In this document: positions 45,217-54,760 of the stretch, piece by piece
Layout of the letters: every line of letters begins with the position of its first letter
How positions within the stretch are numbered: the stretch's first letter is position 1
From: an uncultured Flammeovirgaceae bacterium
GTDB lineage: Bacteria; Bacteroidota; Bacteroidia; Cytophagales; Cyclobacteriaceae
Length of the DNA stretch: 64,000 nucleotides
Reading direction: 5' to 3'
NCBI GenBank assembly: GCA_937883755.1
Contig: CAKZYA010000066.1
Span: 12,897 to 76,896, forward strand
The notes under the pieces: model-generated
Told to the model about the DNA's origin: nothing
Seen by the model: only the letters and a program-made list of their open reading frames with translations
The model's database searches: none
Translations under genes and position numbers: made by a program

Positions 45217-46284
45217 ATGAAAAAGTTCGAGCCCGGCGTACTCTACGGCGATCAACTCATAGAATTTTTTGAATACGCCCAGGAAAAACAGTTTGCCTTA
45301 CCCGCTGCTAACGTCATCGGCAGCAACTCTATCAATGCGGTGCTAGAAACCGCTCGTGATGTGCAATCGGCTGTGATTGTTCAGTTCTCCAACTCGGGGG
45401 CGGCATTTAATGCGGGCAAAGGGTTTAGTAACGATGGACAGCAAGCCTCCATTGCGGGAGCCATTGCGGGAGCCCAGCACGTTCATACCATGGCCAAGCA
45501 CTACGGCGTACCCGTCATTTTACATACTGACCACGCGGCTAAAAAGCTATTGCCTTGGATTGATGGAATGCTGGATGCGGGAGAAAAGTACTACGAGCAG
45601 CACGGTCGTCCGTTGTTCAGCTCCCATATGCTTGATCTTTCAGAAGAGCCATTGGAAGAAAATGTAGAGATCAGCAAAAAGTACTTCGAGCGAATGAACC
45701 CGCTAGGTATGGGGATTGAAGTAGAGCTTGGTGTAACTGGAGGGGAAGAAGACGGGGTAGACAATACTGACGTAGATGCTTCTAAACTGTACACTCAGCC
45801 TGAGGAGGTAGCCTTTACCTATGAGCAGCTTAAGCAAGTGGGTAATAGATTTACCGTAGCCGCGGCATTCGGTAACGTACACGGGGTATACAAGCCCGGT
45901 AACGTAAAACTGACTCCTACTATCTTACGCGATTCTCAAAAGCATATTGAAGAAAAACACAGCACCCCAACTAAGCCGGTATACTTCGTATTTCACGGTG
46001 GCTCCGGTTCTACCCAGGAGGAAATTCGGGAAGCGATCGGTTACGGAGTAATTAAAATGAATATTGATACCGATTTGCAGTGGGCTTTCTGGGATGGTGT
46101 TCGTGGCTACTACGAAAATAAGAAAGATTACCTGCAAGCCCAGATTGGTAACCCCGAAGGCGATGACAAGCCCAACAAGAAAATCTACGATCCCCGCGTA
46201 TGGCTTCGTGAAGCAGAGAAAAGCTTTGTAAAACGCCTAACCGCTGCCTTTGAAGATTTAAATGCGGTAGGGTCTAATGCCTAG
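45217..46284 (+). CDS. fbaA: Class II fructose-1,6-bisphosphate aldolase
   Basis: 355 aa. FALPAANV, ILHTDHA, and FVFHGGSGS...GVIKMNIDTD are typical of class IIa FBA. Confidence 0.95.
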   Translation: MKKFEPGVLYGDQLIEFFEYAQEKQFALPAANVIGSNSINAVLETARDVQSAVIVQFSNSGAAFNAGKGFSNDGQQASIAGAIAGAQHVHTMAKHYGVPVILHTDHAAKKLLPWIDGMLDAGEKYYEQHGRPLFSSHMLDLSEEPLEENVEISKKYFERMNPLGMGIEVELGVTGGEEDGVDNTDVDASKLYTQPEEVAFTYEQLKQVGNRFTVAAAFGNVHGVYKPGNVKLTPTILRDSQKHIEEKHSTPTKPVYFVFHGGSGSTQEEIREAIGYGVIKMNIDTDLQWAFWDGVRGYYENKKDYLQAQIGNPEGDDKPNKKIYDPRVWLREAEKSFVKRLTAAFEDLNAVGSNA

Positions 46285-46290
46285 CCAATG

Positions 46291-46352
46291 ATGATTAATG
46301 AGTAATGCATAATGAATAGTGGGAACTATATCAATCACTAGTCATTAATCAT
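46291..46352. repeat. 11-bp perfect inverted repeat between the convergent fba and Uma2 genes (possible bidirectional terminator)
   Basis: ATGATTAATGA at 46291..46301 and TCATTAATCAT at 46342..46352. The stem is AT-rich with a 40-nt loop, so terminator function is uncertain. Confidence 0.35.
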
Positions 46353-46917
46353 CCAATTAGCTCTTTCACCAGTACATCCAGTGATAGCTGAGTAGCTGAA
46401 ACATGATCTTCCCGGGCGAGGGTGGTTACCGATTGGTAGCGATCTTCACTTGGCTGGCGATACACCTCTAGTTGTTTCTTATTAACATCTATAATCCACA
46501 CTTCAGGAATACCTGCAGTGGCGTAAAGCGGTAGTTTGGTATTCCTGTCATATTTCAATGTACTATCTGACACCTCGATCAGTAGCAGTACGTCGTCAGA
46601 ATTCACACCGGTTTCAGCGTAATAGTCCTCTCGGAACGGAAGAATCACAATGTCCGGCTCAGGTTCTGAATAATCGTCAACAATTATCGAGCTCCGAACA
46701 CTAATGATCAATTCAGGAAATAGTTTTGGAATCAGTCGTGCATTGATTCGCATAGTGATGCATGTAGCTTTCCGATGGGAGGCAGTTGAAGAATTTCACC
46801 GTGGATTAATTCGATACGATCATCTTCGTACAAAATACCCGCTTCGGCCATTTGGTGGTATTCCTCTACCGTAAATAGTCGGCGAGTGATTTTAGCTTCG
46901 GCTTCTTCAGCAATCAT
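46349..46917 (-). pseudogene. Uma2-family (DUF820) endonuclease-like gene interrupted by a single frameshift
   Basis: ORFs 46732..46917 (…RIELIHGEILQLPPIGKLHASLCESMHD*) and 46349..46753 (MRINARLIPKLF...EPDIVIL...LLLIEVSDSTLKYDRNTKLPLYATAGIPEVWIIDV) are consecutive parts of one Uma2 domain in different frames. The frame switch lies around 46745..46762. Confidence 0.7.
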
Positions 46918-47003
46918 AACAAATAGAATGGTGTATTGAAAGATACGAAAAAGTTAGCTATCATTCACAGCGGCGTATCATATACATTATTTGCGTCTTC
47001 AAC

Positions 47004-49745
47004 CTATCCAGTAGCCCGAATTCCTCCCGAAATGGCGTTAACGGTTAGCAATAGATCTAGCAGAATGGACTCGTCACCATTACCAGCGGCTTTATTGCTG
47101 CGCCAGGTTTGGATTTGAGAGATCTGATGCCGATGCAGGGCGACTAATTTGGGTTGGCGCATGGCAATCATCTTGGCAATGCGGGGGCGCCGCTCCTCAA
47201 TGCTACTGCCGTAGATCGTTTCAATCACCCGTTGGGTTCGGTGCAGTTCCGCCAGAATCTGCTCCATAAACCGATCGCGAAGCTCACTGTCTTCTACTAG
47301 AGCGGCGTACTCGTGCATAATAGACTCATCGGCGATCAGTACACCCGAGCTAGAATTAGTAAGGATGTACCGCAGTGGGGCGTAACTCACGGCTTGTTCG
47401 CAGAGTAAAGTAAAGTCATCAGGACGTTCGTTTTGTAGTTGCTCCAGAGCAGCACCTACTCCGTACCAGGCCGTAAGAGAGAAACGTGCTTGGCTCCAAC
47501 TAAACACCCAGGGAATGGCTCGCAAATCATTTAGAGTTCGTTGTCCGGTACGGCGGGCGGGACGAGAGCCAATGCGGCTGGCCTCGATCACATCAATGGG
47601 AGTAGCCTGGGCGTAAAAGTCCATAAAACCTTCAGCTTTCAGCAGTTTTCCGTAGTATTCGCTGCTCACTTCTGACAGATAATCCATAATCGGTTCCAGC
47701 GGATGATCGGGAGATTTTGTACTCTGCTGGCGAATGGTAGCCTTGGTGGTTCCAGCCAGCATCAATTCCAGATGGTAGGTACTGGTAATCAGGTTGGCGT
47801 ACTTCTGGGCAATCGTTTCACCCTGCTCCGTCAAACGGAAGTCGCCTTGTAAGCTTTGGTACGGTAGAGACTCCAAGAATCGGTGAGTAGGGCCACCTCC
47901 CCGACTGACCGTACCGCCCCGACCGTGGAAGTAGCGAATGCGTACCCCGTGTTTTTTCCCAACTTCGGTAAGGTTCCGTTGTCCCCGGTTTACATTCCAG
48001 AGGCTGGCTAAAATACCTCCGTCTTTATTACTGTCGCTATAGCCAACCATTACTTGCTGTACGGGGCCTGCTTCTCCTTTTTGCTGCTGCTGATAGGCTA
48101 AACTCCGTTGAGTAATAGGGTGTTGAAGAAACTTATCTAAAATTGCCGGGCTTCCCTTCAAATCATCAATCGTCTCAAACAGTGGCACCACCGGAAGTTC
48201 ACTAACTAACCCATCCTCCCGCCAGAAAACCAGCCCCACCTCCCGGCCTAGTAGGTAAACGGTCAGTAAATCCGACACGCTGCGGGTCATACTAATAATC
48301 AGTGAGCCTAGCCCATTGGCACCGTAGTTTTGAATAAACTGATGCACCACCCGGTAGCAATCTAATACTGCCTGAGCTTCTTGCGGTAGTGAAGCGGCAA
48401 CTTGGGTAAACGGACGAGCTGACTGTAACTCCCGCTCGAGGAAAGCAATACGCTGCTCTTCCGACCAGTTGGTGTAATTGGTGTCAGGTAAATCATCCGA
48501 AGAAAGGGCAGCAGCTTCCAATAACTGGGTAACCGCTTTATCGTGAAAGGCACTGTTCTGACGAATATCCAGTGCAGCCAAATGAAAGCCAAACGTTTGC
48601 ACTTTGCGTAACAAAGGCTCCATTTCACTGCGAGCTACCGACTGGGCATTTATCTCATTCAGTGTTTCTAGCAGCAAGGTTAGATCATCGGATAGTTCGG
48701 TACTACGTTGGTAGGAATACGGTTTTTCGTCTAGGTTATTGTACACGTCTAGCGGTATACGAAGGCGCATGAGATTAACCAGTTGACGCCACGGCTCATT
48801 CTGATTACGAGCCAGCGGTAGTTCAGCCGCTTCGCCAATCAGCTCCCGCATCTTTTCAATTTTCTGGTTCAGCCGATCGGGTATTGCGTTACGAATATTG
48901 GTAAAGCTGAGCTTAGCCGCCAACCCCTCCAAATCTTTCGCATGGAGTTGTAATGCCTGCCGACGAAGTTCTAACAAGGTCTTCTGAGTTACCTCTGCGG
49001 TTACAAAAGGGTGTCCATCGCGGTCGCCCCCTACCCAATCGCCAAAGCTAATTCGAGGCAGGGCTTGGTAGCCATTGAGCTGCTTGGGATCAAAGCCGGA
49101 GTAGCTCCAGGCATCGCGCAGTCGTTGGTCAGCCCAGGCTAAGCTTTGTGGAAAGACGTGGGTAAGGTAATACATCATATTCCGTAGCTCGTCGGATACG
49201 GCCGGTTTTTCCAGATAGATTTCACCCGTGCGCCACAATATTTCTAGTTGATTCTTAATTGCCTTACGGATGCCCTGCTGCTCTTGCGGAGTCCACACAG
49301 GGTTCTCTCGTTTCACTAGCAACAAGTACATATCGCGTAAGTGACGTAGTACCGTAGCTCGCTTAGCTTCGGTCGGGTGAGCCGTAAGTACTGGTTCAAT
49401 GCGTATTTTGGGTAGTAACTGAGCAATCTCTTCTTCCAGAAAGCCCTCTTCGGATAGTTGGCGGAACGCTTTCGCCCACAATCCTGAAATGCGGTCTAGT
49501 CCAGCTTCGGTCTCTAACCGTCGGCGATACTGAGCAGTAGCATTTTCTTCTACTAAGTTCAGCCACTGAAAGTAAGTAGCGTATAGGCGAACCATATTGC
49601 GGTTCATTGTTGCGGGTTCTTGCTGGAGCGTATCAGCTAATTGATGTTCACCCAGCGACTCCAGTACTTCACGGAGGCAGTCGCTCAGAAATTGGGCATC
49701 GCTTTCTACTTTTTCTACATCAATGGAGGCATCGGTGACGAGCAT
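47004..49745 (-). CDS. ppc: Phosphoenolpyruvate carboxylase
   Basis: 913 aa. TAHPTE, VGYSDSNKDGG, FHGRGGTVSRGGGP, and a C-terminal ...RATG. Confidence 0.95.
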   Translation of the reverse strand: MLVTDASIDVEKVESDAQFLSDCLREVLESLGEHQLADTLQQEPATMNRNMVRLYATYFQWLNLVEENATAQYRRRLETEAGLDRISGLWAKAFRQLSEEGFLEEEIAQLLPKIRIEPVLTAHPTEAKRATVLRHLRDMYLLLVKRENPVWTPQEQQGIRKAIKNQLEILWRTGEIYLEKPAVSDELRNMMYYLTHVFPQSLAWADQRLRDAWSYSGFDPKQLNGYQALPRISFGDWVGGDRDGHPFVTAEVTQKTLLELRRQALQLHAKDLEGLAAKLSFTNIRNAIPDRLNQKIEKMRELIGEAAELPLARNQNEPWRQLVNLMRLRIPLDVYNNLDEKPYSYQRSTELSDDLTLLLETLNEINAQSVARSEMEPLLRKVQTFGFHLAALDIRQNSAFHDKAVTQLLEAAALSSDDLPDTNYTNWSEEQRIAFLERELQSARPFTQVAASLPQEAQAVLDCYRVVHQFIQNYGANGLGSLIISMTRSVSDLLTVYLLGREVGLVFWREDGLVSELPVVPLFETIDDLKGSPAILDKFLQHPITQRSLAYQQQQKGEAGPVQQVMVGYSDSNKDGGILASLWNVNRGQRNLTEVGKKHGVRIRYFHGRGGTVSRGGGPTHRFLESLPYQSLQGDFRLTEQGETIAQKYANLITSTYHLELMLAGTTKATIRQQSTKSPDHPLEPIMDYLSEVSSEYYGKLLKAEGFMDFYAQATPIDVIEASRIGSRPARRTGQRTLNDLRAIPWVFSWSQARFSLTAWYGVGAALEQLQNERPDDFTLLCEQAVSYAPLRYILTNSSSGVLIADESIMHEYAALVEDSELRDRFMEQILAELHRTQRVIETIYGSSIEERRPRIAKMIAMRQPKLVALHRHQISQIQTWRSNKAAGNGDESILLDLLLTVNAISGGIRATG

Positions 49746-49874
49746 AAGTATAAGGTTATGATAGTTTTACTATTATATTTGATTGTAATATTATAAATTG
49801 AATTTACGATTTTTCAGAACCCTCGGACAAGAATATTAGGAAAAATTTAAAAAACCCTGTAGAACCGGATAATT

Positions 49875-50501
49875 ATGAAATTAGAAGCTATTTTTAAGTA
49901 CAATCAGCAGTGGGTACAAGAAAAACTAAATGTCGACAGTACCTATTTCGAGAACTTATCCAAAGGACAACAACCCGAGATTCTGTACATCGGCTGCTCC
50001 GACAGTCGGGTGACCGCCGAGGAAATGATGGGAGCCAGCCTAGGGCAAGTGTTCGTCTATCGGAACATTGCCAATATGGTTTCTAGTCTGGATTTAAGTG
50101 CAATGTCGGTCATCAACTACGCCGTTAATCATCTAAAAGTAAAGCATATTGTGGTATGCGGCCACTATTACTGCGGGGGCGTGAAAGCGGCCATGCAAGC
50201 CCAGGATTTGGGTATTTTAAATCCCTGGCTTAGAAATATCAGGGATGTATACCGGCTTCACAAGGACGAACTTAATGCCATAGAAGACGAAGATGCCCGT
50301 TACAATCAACTGATAAGGTTAAATGTGCGAGAACAATGCGTGAATGTATTGAAAACCGCCGAAGTGCAAGTAGCCTACCGAAAAGGAAACCTTCAGGTAC
50401 ACGGTTGGGTGTTTGACATTAGCACCGGGCAACTCATTGACCTTGAACTGGATTTCGATAATATCTTAGCGGGCATTATGGAAATCTATACCTTGAGTTA
50501 A
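49875..50501 (+). CDS. can: Beta-class carbonic anhydrase
   Basis: 208 aa. CSDSRV and VCGHYYCGG zinc-ligand motifs. Confidence 0.9.
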   Translation: MKLEAIFKYNQQWVQEKLNVDSTYFENLSKGQQPEILYIGCSDSRVTAEEMMGASLGQVFVYRNIANMVSSLDLSAMSVINYAVNHLKVKHIVVCGHYYCGGVKAAMQAQDLGILNPWLRNIRDVYRLHKDELNAIEDEDARYNQLIRLNVREQCVNVLKTAEVQVAYRKGNLQVHGWVFDISTGQLIDLELDFDNILAGIMEIYTLS

Positions 50502-50516
50502 CCGGTTTGTATAGCT

Positions 50517-50613
50517 GTAGGAACTTGATAATTCGCCGGGGGGTATCCCATGCCGCCCCGGTCTGGCGAGACCCGCCGTGCGATTAATCGCACGGCGACC
50601 GTCAAGTTCCTAC
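50517..50613. repeat. REP-like palindromic element, long copy
   Basis: GTAGGAACTTGA...TCAAGTTCCTAC are perfect 12-bp terminal inverted repeats. Internal features are a perfect 22-bp palindrome GCCGTGCGATTAATCGCACGGC (50575..50596) and a CCGGGG...CCCCGG hairpin. It fills the gap between the convergent can and permease genes. Confidence 0.85.
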
Positions 50614-53054
50614 TATTCGTGCCGGATAGACTTTACTGGGTTGGCAGTTGACGCTCGGATGGCTTCGTAGCCTACAGTCAGTAGAGTAAGTGTGAGTACC
50701 AGTGCTACGGCTATCACGAAAATTACGATGCTCATCGGCACATGGTACACGAAGTTTTGCAGCCAGTCATTCATCAGTAAATAGGCGAGTGGAATGGCAA
50801 TCACAATGGCGATACCGACCATTTTTACAAAGTTTGTGAGTAGCAGGGTAATGATCTGCGATACTGAAGCTCCCAGCACCTTACGGATACCAATTTCCTT
50901 AGTACGTCGCTCGGCCATAAAGGATGCCAAACCAAACAATCCGAGACAAGCAATCAGGATTGCTAGTACTGCAAAAGTTTGAGTAAGATCAGCCATGCGG
51001 GATTCAGCCTGATACATCCGCCCGAATTCATCGCTCAAGAACCAATAATCAAAACCAATGTTAGGAAAGACTTCTTTCCACTGGTCTTCTAAGTATGCCA
51101 AATGGGTTTGCAGACCTTCGGTAGGCAGTTTTACGTATACAATTTGGTCAATAGGATGCGGACGAGCATTAATCGCCAGTGGCCCAATAGTTTGGTGCAT
51201 AGACCGATAGGGGAAATCTTCCACCACACCGATAACTGTTCCTGACCGTTCGGTTTGTGTATTGTGAACTTCCATTCCTAACACTTCATCCAATTCAACA
51301 CCCAGATTGCGTAGCGCAGTCTCGTTGAGAAGGTAAGCGTTAGAATCAGATGGATTAGCCGGGTCAAAGAAACGTCCGGTCACCAGTTCCAGATCGTAAG
51401 TTTCGGGGAAAGCAAAATCTACGTTTAGCTGACTCCAATCATACTCTTGTTCATTATTAATCGAAGGAAAAGTTAAAGTAGCACCAAGTGGCCCAAAATA
51501 GTTTTGCCGGGGCAAGTGATTCCCCATCGTGATTTGATCAATATCAGGGTTCTGTACTACTGCCTGACGGAAAGCTGGGTAACGATTAATATCAGCAAAC
51601 CCTCCAAAACGGATTGAGACCATCTGTTCGGCACCTTCGTTCAGTTTAGAACTCTGAATATAGTTCATCTGGTGCAGCATAATTCCGGTGCTGATGACCA
51701 GAATGACCGTAATCGTGAACTGAAAAGTCACCAGTACCTTGCGGAATAGTTCCGGGCCTTTCCCCGTTTCCTGTTGGCCTTTCAGTACTTCCACCGGATT
51801 AAAACCCGATAGAAATAACGCTGGGTAGCTTCCCGCTACAATAGCCACTAAAAATAGAATACCTAGCACTCCACCGATAATTACCGGATTAAGCAGGGAA
51901 GCTAGTGAGAAACTCTTATGGGCGAGATCATTAAAATTGGGTAAGAACAATGCAATCAGTACCACGGCTAGTACCAATCCTAAGAACGTGGTAAGTACTG
52001 ACTCGTTCATAAACTGAGCCACCAATTGCTTACGGTTGCTGCCCATCGCTTTGCGTAAACCCACCTCCTTCGCTCGTTTGGCAGAGCGAGCTGTTGCCAG
52101 ATTCATGTAATTGATGCAGGCGATAATGAGAATTAGCAGACCAATTGAGCCAAAAATATAAACGTACTGAATGTCACCAGCTCCCTCGTTCGTCCATTGG
52201 TTTACTTCATCAAAGTGCAGCTTAGTTACCTTTTGGATAAATGGATCAACCTGTGGGGCGTCCTCGCCCATACCGCTTGCAACTAGTTGCTCTAAACTCT
52301 TCTGTACTTCCTGAGCATCGGCGTCTTCGGATAAAACAATGTAAGCGGAAAAGAAGCCCTGCTGTAAGTTGTCAGCAAACTCATCTAGACTCAGATCACC
52401 ATCAAAAAAAGGACGGAGCACTTCGTAGTTCACCAAATACTTGGGTCGGATGTGAGAATTACTGGGAAAATCCTCGATCACCGCAGTCACAACCATTTCC
52501 ACATCCTGATTATTCGTCATGCCCGGATGGCTGACATCCAATCGTTTATCGATAGGGTTTTCATCGCCAAATAGACTTTCTGCTGCCGATTCAGTCAAAA
52601 CAATGGAATTGGGCAGGGTAAAAACCTCATCAGGATTACCCTGTAAGACGGGAAAATGCAGTACCTTATCGAAGGTGCCTTCGGTCCAGAATAGTTCTTC
52701 GGTTAGAATAATCTTATCGGCTTCCTGATTCGTTACTGCAGCCGGATAGCCCGCCCAAAAATAAAGCAGAGCTTCTTCCACATCCAGGTACTGCTCCTCC
52801 AGTTGCGATGCCCAGCCACCCGGCACATGCGTTTGTTGAAAAGTATTTCCATCGTCCATGGTCACCGTAGCTCCAATCCGGTAGGTACGGTCTGCCTTGG
52901 GGTGAATAGTATCGAAACTAAGTTCATCAACAATATATAGAAAGATAAGTACGGTACTGGCTAGCCCAACAGCTAACCCAAAGATGTTAATAAACGCGAA
53001 CACTTTTTGCTTGACAAAGCTACGGATGGCGATGAGGAAATAGTTTTTGAGCAT
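50613..53054 (-). CDS. FtsX/MacB-type ABC transporter permease (two FtsX domains), with no adjacent ATPase
   Basis: 813 aa. N-terminal MLKNYFLIAIRSFVKQKVFAFINIFGLAVGLA, two four-TM FtsX modules, and the conserved KEVGLRKAMGS / KEIGIRKVLGA motifs. Confidence 0.85.
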   Translation of the reverse strand: MLKNYFLIAIRSFVKQKVFAFINIFGLAVGLASTVLIFLYIVDELSFDTIHPKADRTYRIGATVTMDDGNTFQQTHVPGGWASQLEEQYLDVEEALLYFWAGYPAAVTNQEADKIILTEELFWTEGTFDKVLHFPVLQGNPDEVFTLPNSIVLTESAAESLFGDENPIDKRLDVSHPGMTNNQDVEMVVTAVIEDFPSNSHIRPKYLVNYEVLRPFFDGDLSLDEFADNLQQGFFSAYIVLSEDADAQEVQKSLEQLVASGMGEDAPQVDPFIQKVTKLHFDEVNQWTNEGAGDIQYVYIFGSIGLLILIIACINYMNLATARSAKRAKEVGLRKAMGSNRKQLVAQFMNESVLTTFLGLVLAVVLIALFLPNFNDLAHKSFSLASLLNPVIIGGVLGILFLVAIVAGSYPALFLSGFNPVEVLKGQQETGKGPELFRKVLVTFQFTITVILVISTGIMLHQMNYIQSSKLNEGAEQMVSIRFGGFADINRYPAFRQAVVQNPDIDQITMGNHLPRQNYFGPLGATLTFPSINNEQEYDWSQLNVDFAFPETYDLELVTGRFFDPANPSDSNAYLLNETALRNLGVELDEVLGMEVHNTQTERSGTVIGVVEDFPYRSMHQTIGPLAINARPHPIDQIVYVKLPTEGLQTHLAYLEDQWKEVFPNIGFDYWFLSDEFGRMYQAESRMADLTQTFAVLAILIACLGLFGLASFMAERRTKEIGIRKVLGASVSQIITLLLTNFVKMVGIAIVIAIPLAYLLMNDWLQNFVYHVPMSIVIFVIAVALVLTLTLLTVGYEAIRASTANPVKSIRHE

Positions 53055-53300
53055 AGGACATTAGGGTTGGTGGATTCAGCAAAAGCCATTCCTTCACTTT
53101 TGATGGAAAAAGCGTAGAAAATGGCTAATTATTCCTAGCAGCAATTCCAAGACCATACCACATATACAAATATCTGATTATCAAATATTTACAATATCAA
53201 TATTGAGCTAGACTTGTCCGGTTTTAGCCTAAAACTGTTCTAAATCGGACACAAAGATTAGTTTCTATTAAAAAATAGAAAAGCGTAAAAAAGTCCAGCT

Positions 53301-54650
53301 TTATCGATCCATCAGGTATGTTTTTAGGGCTTCGTAATCGGAAGAAATTGACGTAGCCTGCTTAGGCTGATTGAGTACGGCTTGTAGAGTTTCTGGTAGA
53401 GGAATAGATTCGCCAATGGCTTCTTCTACCGTATCTTTGAACTTGGCGGGATGAGCGGTTGCCAGCACCACTCCGTTCGCTCTCCCTGATTGTTTTTCTA
53501 GATAGTCCTTCAGTCCGAGATAACCAACCGCCGTGTGCGGGCACATAATGTAGCCGTAGTAATTTTCGTACACTTCCTGAATGGCTTGTTCAGTGGTATC
53601 GTCAGAAAAGCGATTGCCCGAAATGTCTTCCTGGATGGAGTCCAACAGTTCGTCATCTGACCCAACGTAGCCGTAGAAAGCCTGCAAGCGGGCGAAGTTG
53701 CTGGGGTTACCCACATCCATCGCATTGGAAATGGTTTGCACTGACGGGCGCGGAGTGAATTTTCCGGTTTCTAGGTACTCAGGTACTACGTCATTAACGT
53801 TGGTAGAAGCAACGATATGATCAATCGGTAAGCCCATTTGTTGAGCGATGAGTCCGCCGCAAAGGTTACCGAAGTTGCCACTGGGTACGGAAAAGACTAA
53901 TGGCCAATCAGGATTAAACCCTAGATCGCGCTTAAGTTGAGCATAAGCATTGAAATAGTAAAACGATTGCGGAATTAGCCGACTGATATTGATGGAGTTG
54001 GCTGACGAAAGAGCTACCTCCTTTCGTAGTTCCTGATCTAGAAAGGCTTCCTTCACCATTCGCTGGCAATCGTCGAAGGTTCCGGAAACTTCTAGGGCAG
54101 ATACGTTATTGCCCACCGTCGTTAGTTGCTTCTCCTGAATCTCGCTTACCTTTCCGCTGGGGTACAGCAGTACCACGTTGATGCCCGGCACGTTCAGAAA
54201 CCCCTGGGCTACCGCACTGCCGGTATCGCCGGAAGTAGCCACCAGGATGGTGCGTTCTTGTTCACCGGGCGATTGTTGCAAAAACCAAGACATGGTTCTT
54301 GCCATAAACCGTGCCCCAAAGTCTTTAAATGCCAGCGTAGGTCCGTGGAACAGTTCCAGCACGTAAACTTCTTTATCCAAAGCAACTACTGGAGCTGGGA
54401 AGTCAATCGCATCTTCAATCAGATCTCGAAGTTTCAAAGCAGGAATCTCATCATCAAGCAGCATCGTAGCCACCTGAAATGCAATTTCAGGAAAAGTAAA
54501 CTTCTCTATCTCGTTGAAAAAGGCGTCATCTAACAACGGTAATTCAGTAGGCATGTACAGCCCATTGTCAGCCGGCAAACTCTGAAAGACTGCTTCCTGA
54601 AAAGAAACCGTCTGTGATCGGGATATATCGTTAGTACTGTATAGTTGCAT
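53301..54650 (-). CDS. thrC: Threonine synthase
   Basis: 449 aa. PLP-lysine motif FHGPTLAFKDFG, plus SSGDTGSA-like ATSGDTGSAV. Confidence 0.95.
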   Translation of the reverse strand: MQLYSTNDISRSQTVSFQEAVFQSLPADNGLYMPTELPLLDDAFFNEIEKFTFPEIAFQVATMLLDDEIPALKLRDLIEDAIDFPAPVVALDKEVYVLELFHGPTLAFKDFGARFMARTMSWFLQQSPGEQERTILVATSGDTGSAVAQGFLNVPGINVVLLYPSGKVSEIQEKQLTTVGNNVSALEVSGTFDDCQRMVKEAFLDQELRKEVALSSANSINISRLIPQSFYYFNAYAQLKRDLGFNPDWPLVFSVPSGNFGNLCGGLIAQQMGLPIDHIVASTNVNDVVPEYLETGKFTPRPSVQTISNAMDVGNPSNFARLQAFYGYVGSDDELLDSIQEDISGNRFSDDTTEQAIQEVYENYYGYIMCPHTAVGYLGLKDYLEKQSGRANGVVLATAHPAKFKDTVEEAIGESIPLPETLQAVLNQPKQATSISSDYEALKTYLMDR

Positions 54651-54760
54651 GTTTTAGCGGGGAGCGAGGGGCTGGGCGTATATGCTGCTCTTCTGCCTTT
54701 AATCTCCCATTATTAATGATTTCTTATAAATTACTCCTTGCGCCAAGCACCCTGCCCCAG

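Noticed and set aside
53215-53240. The near-palindrome GTTTTAG-C-CTAAAAC, and the AT-rich hairpin TTTCTATT-AAAA-AATAGAAA (about 53262..53281), in the gap between the permease and thrC genes.
   Set aside because: These are short AT-rich symmetric sequences in an AT-rich spacer. There is no associated regulator and no repetition elsewhere in the window.
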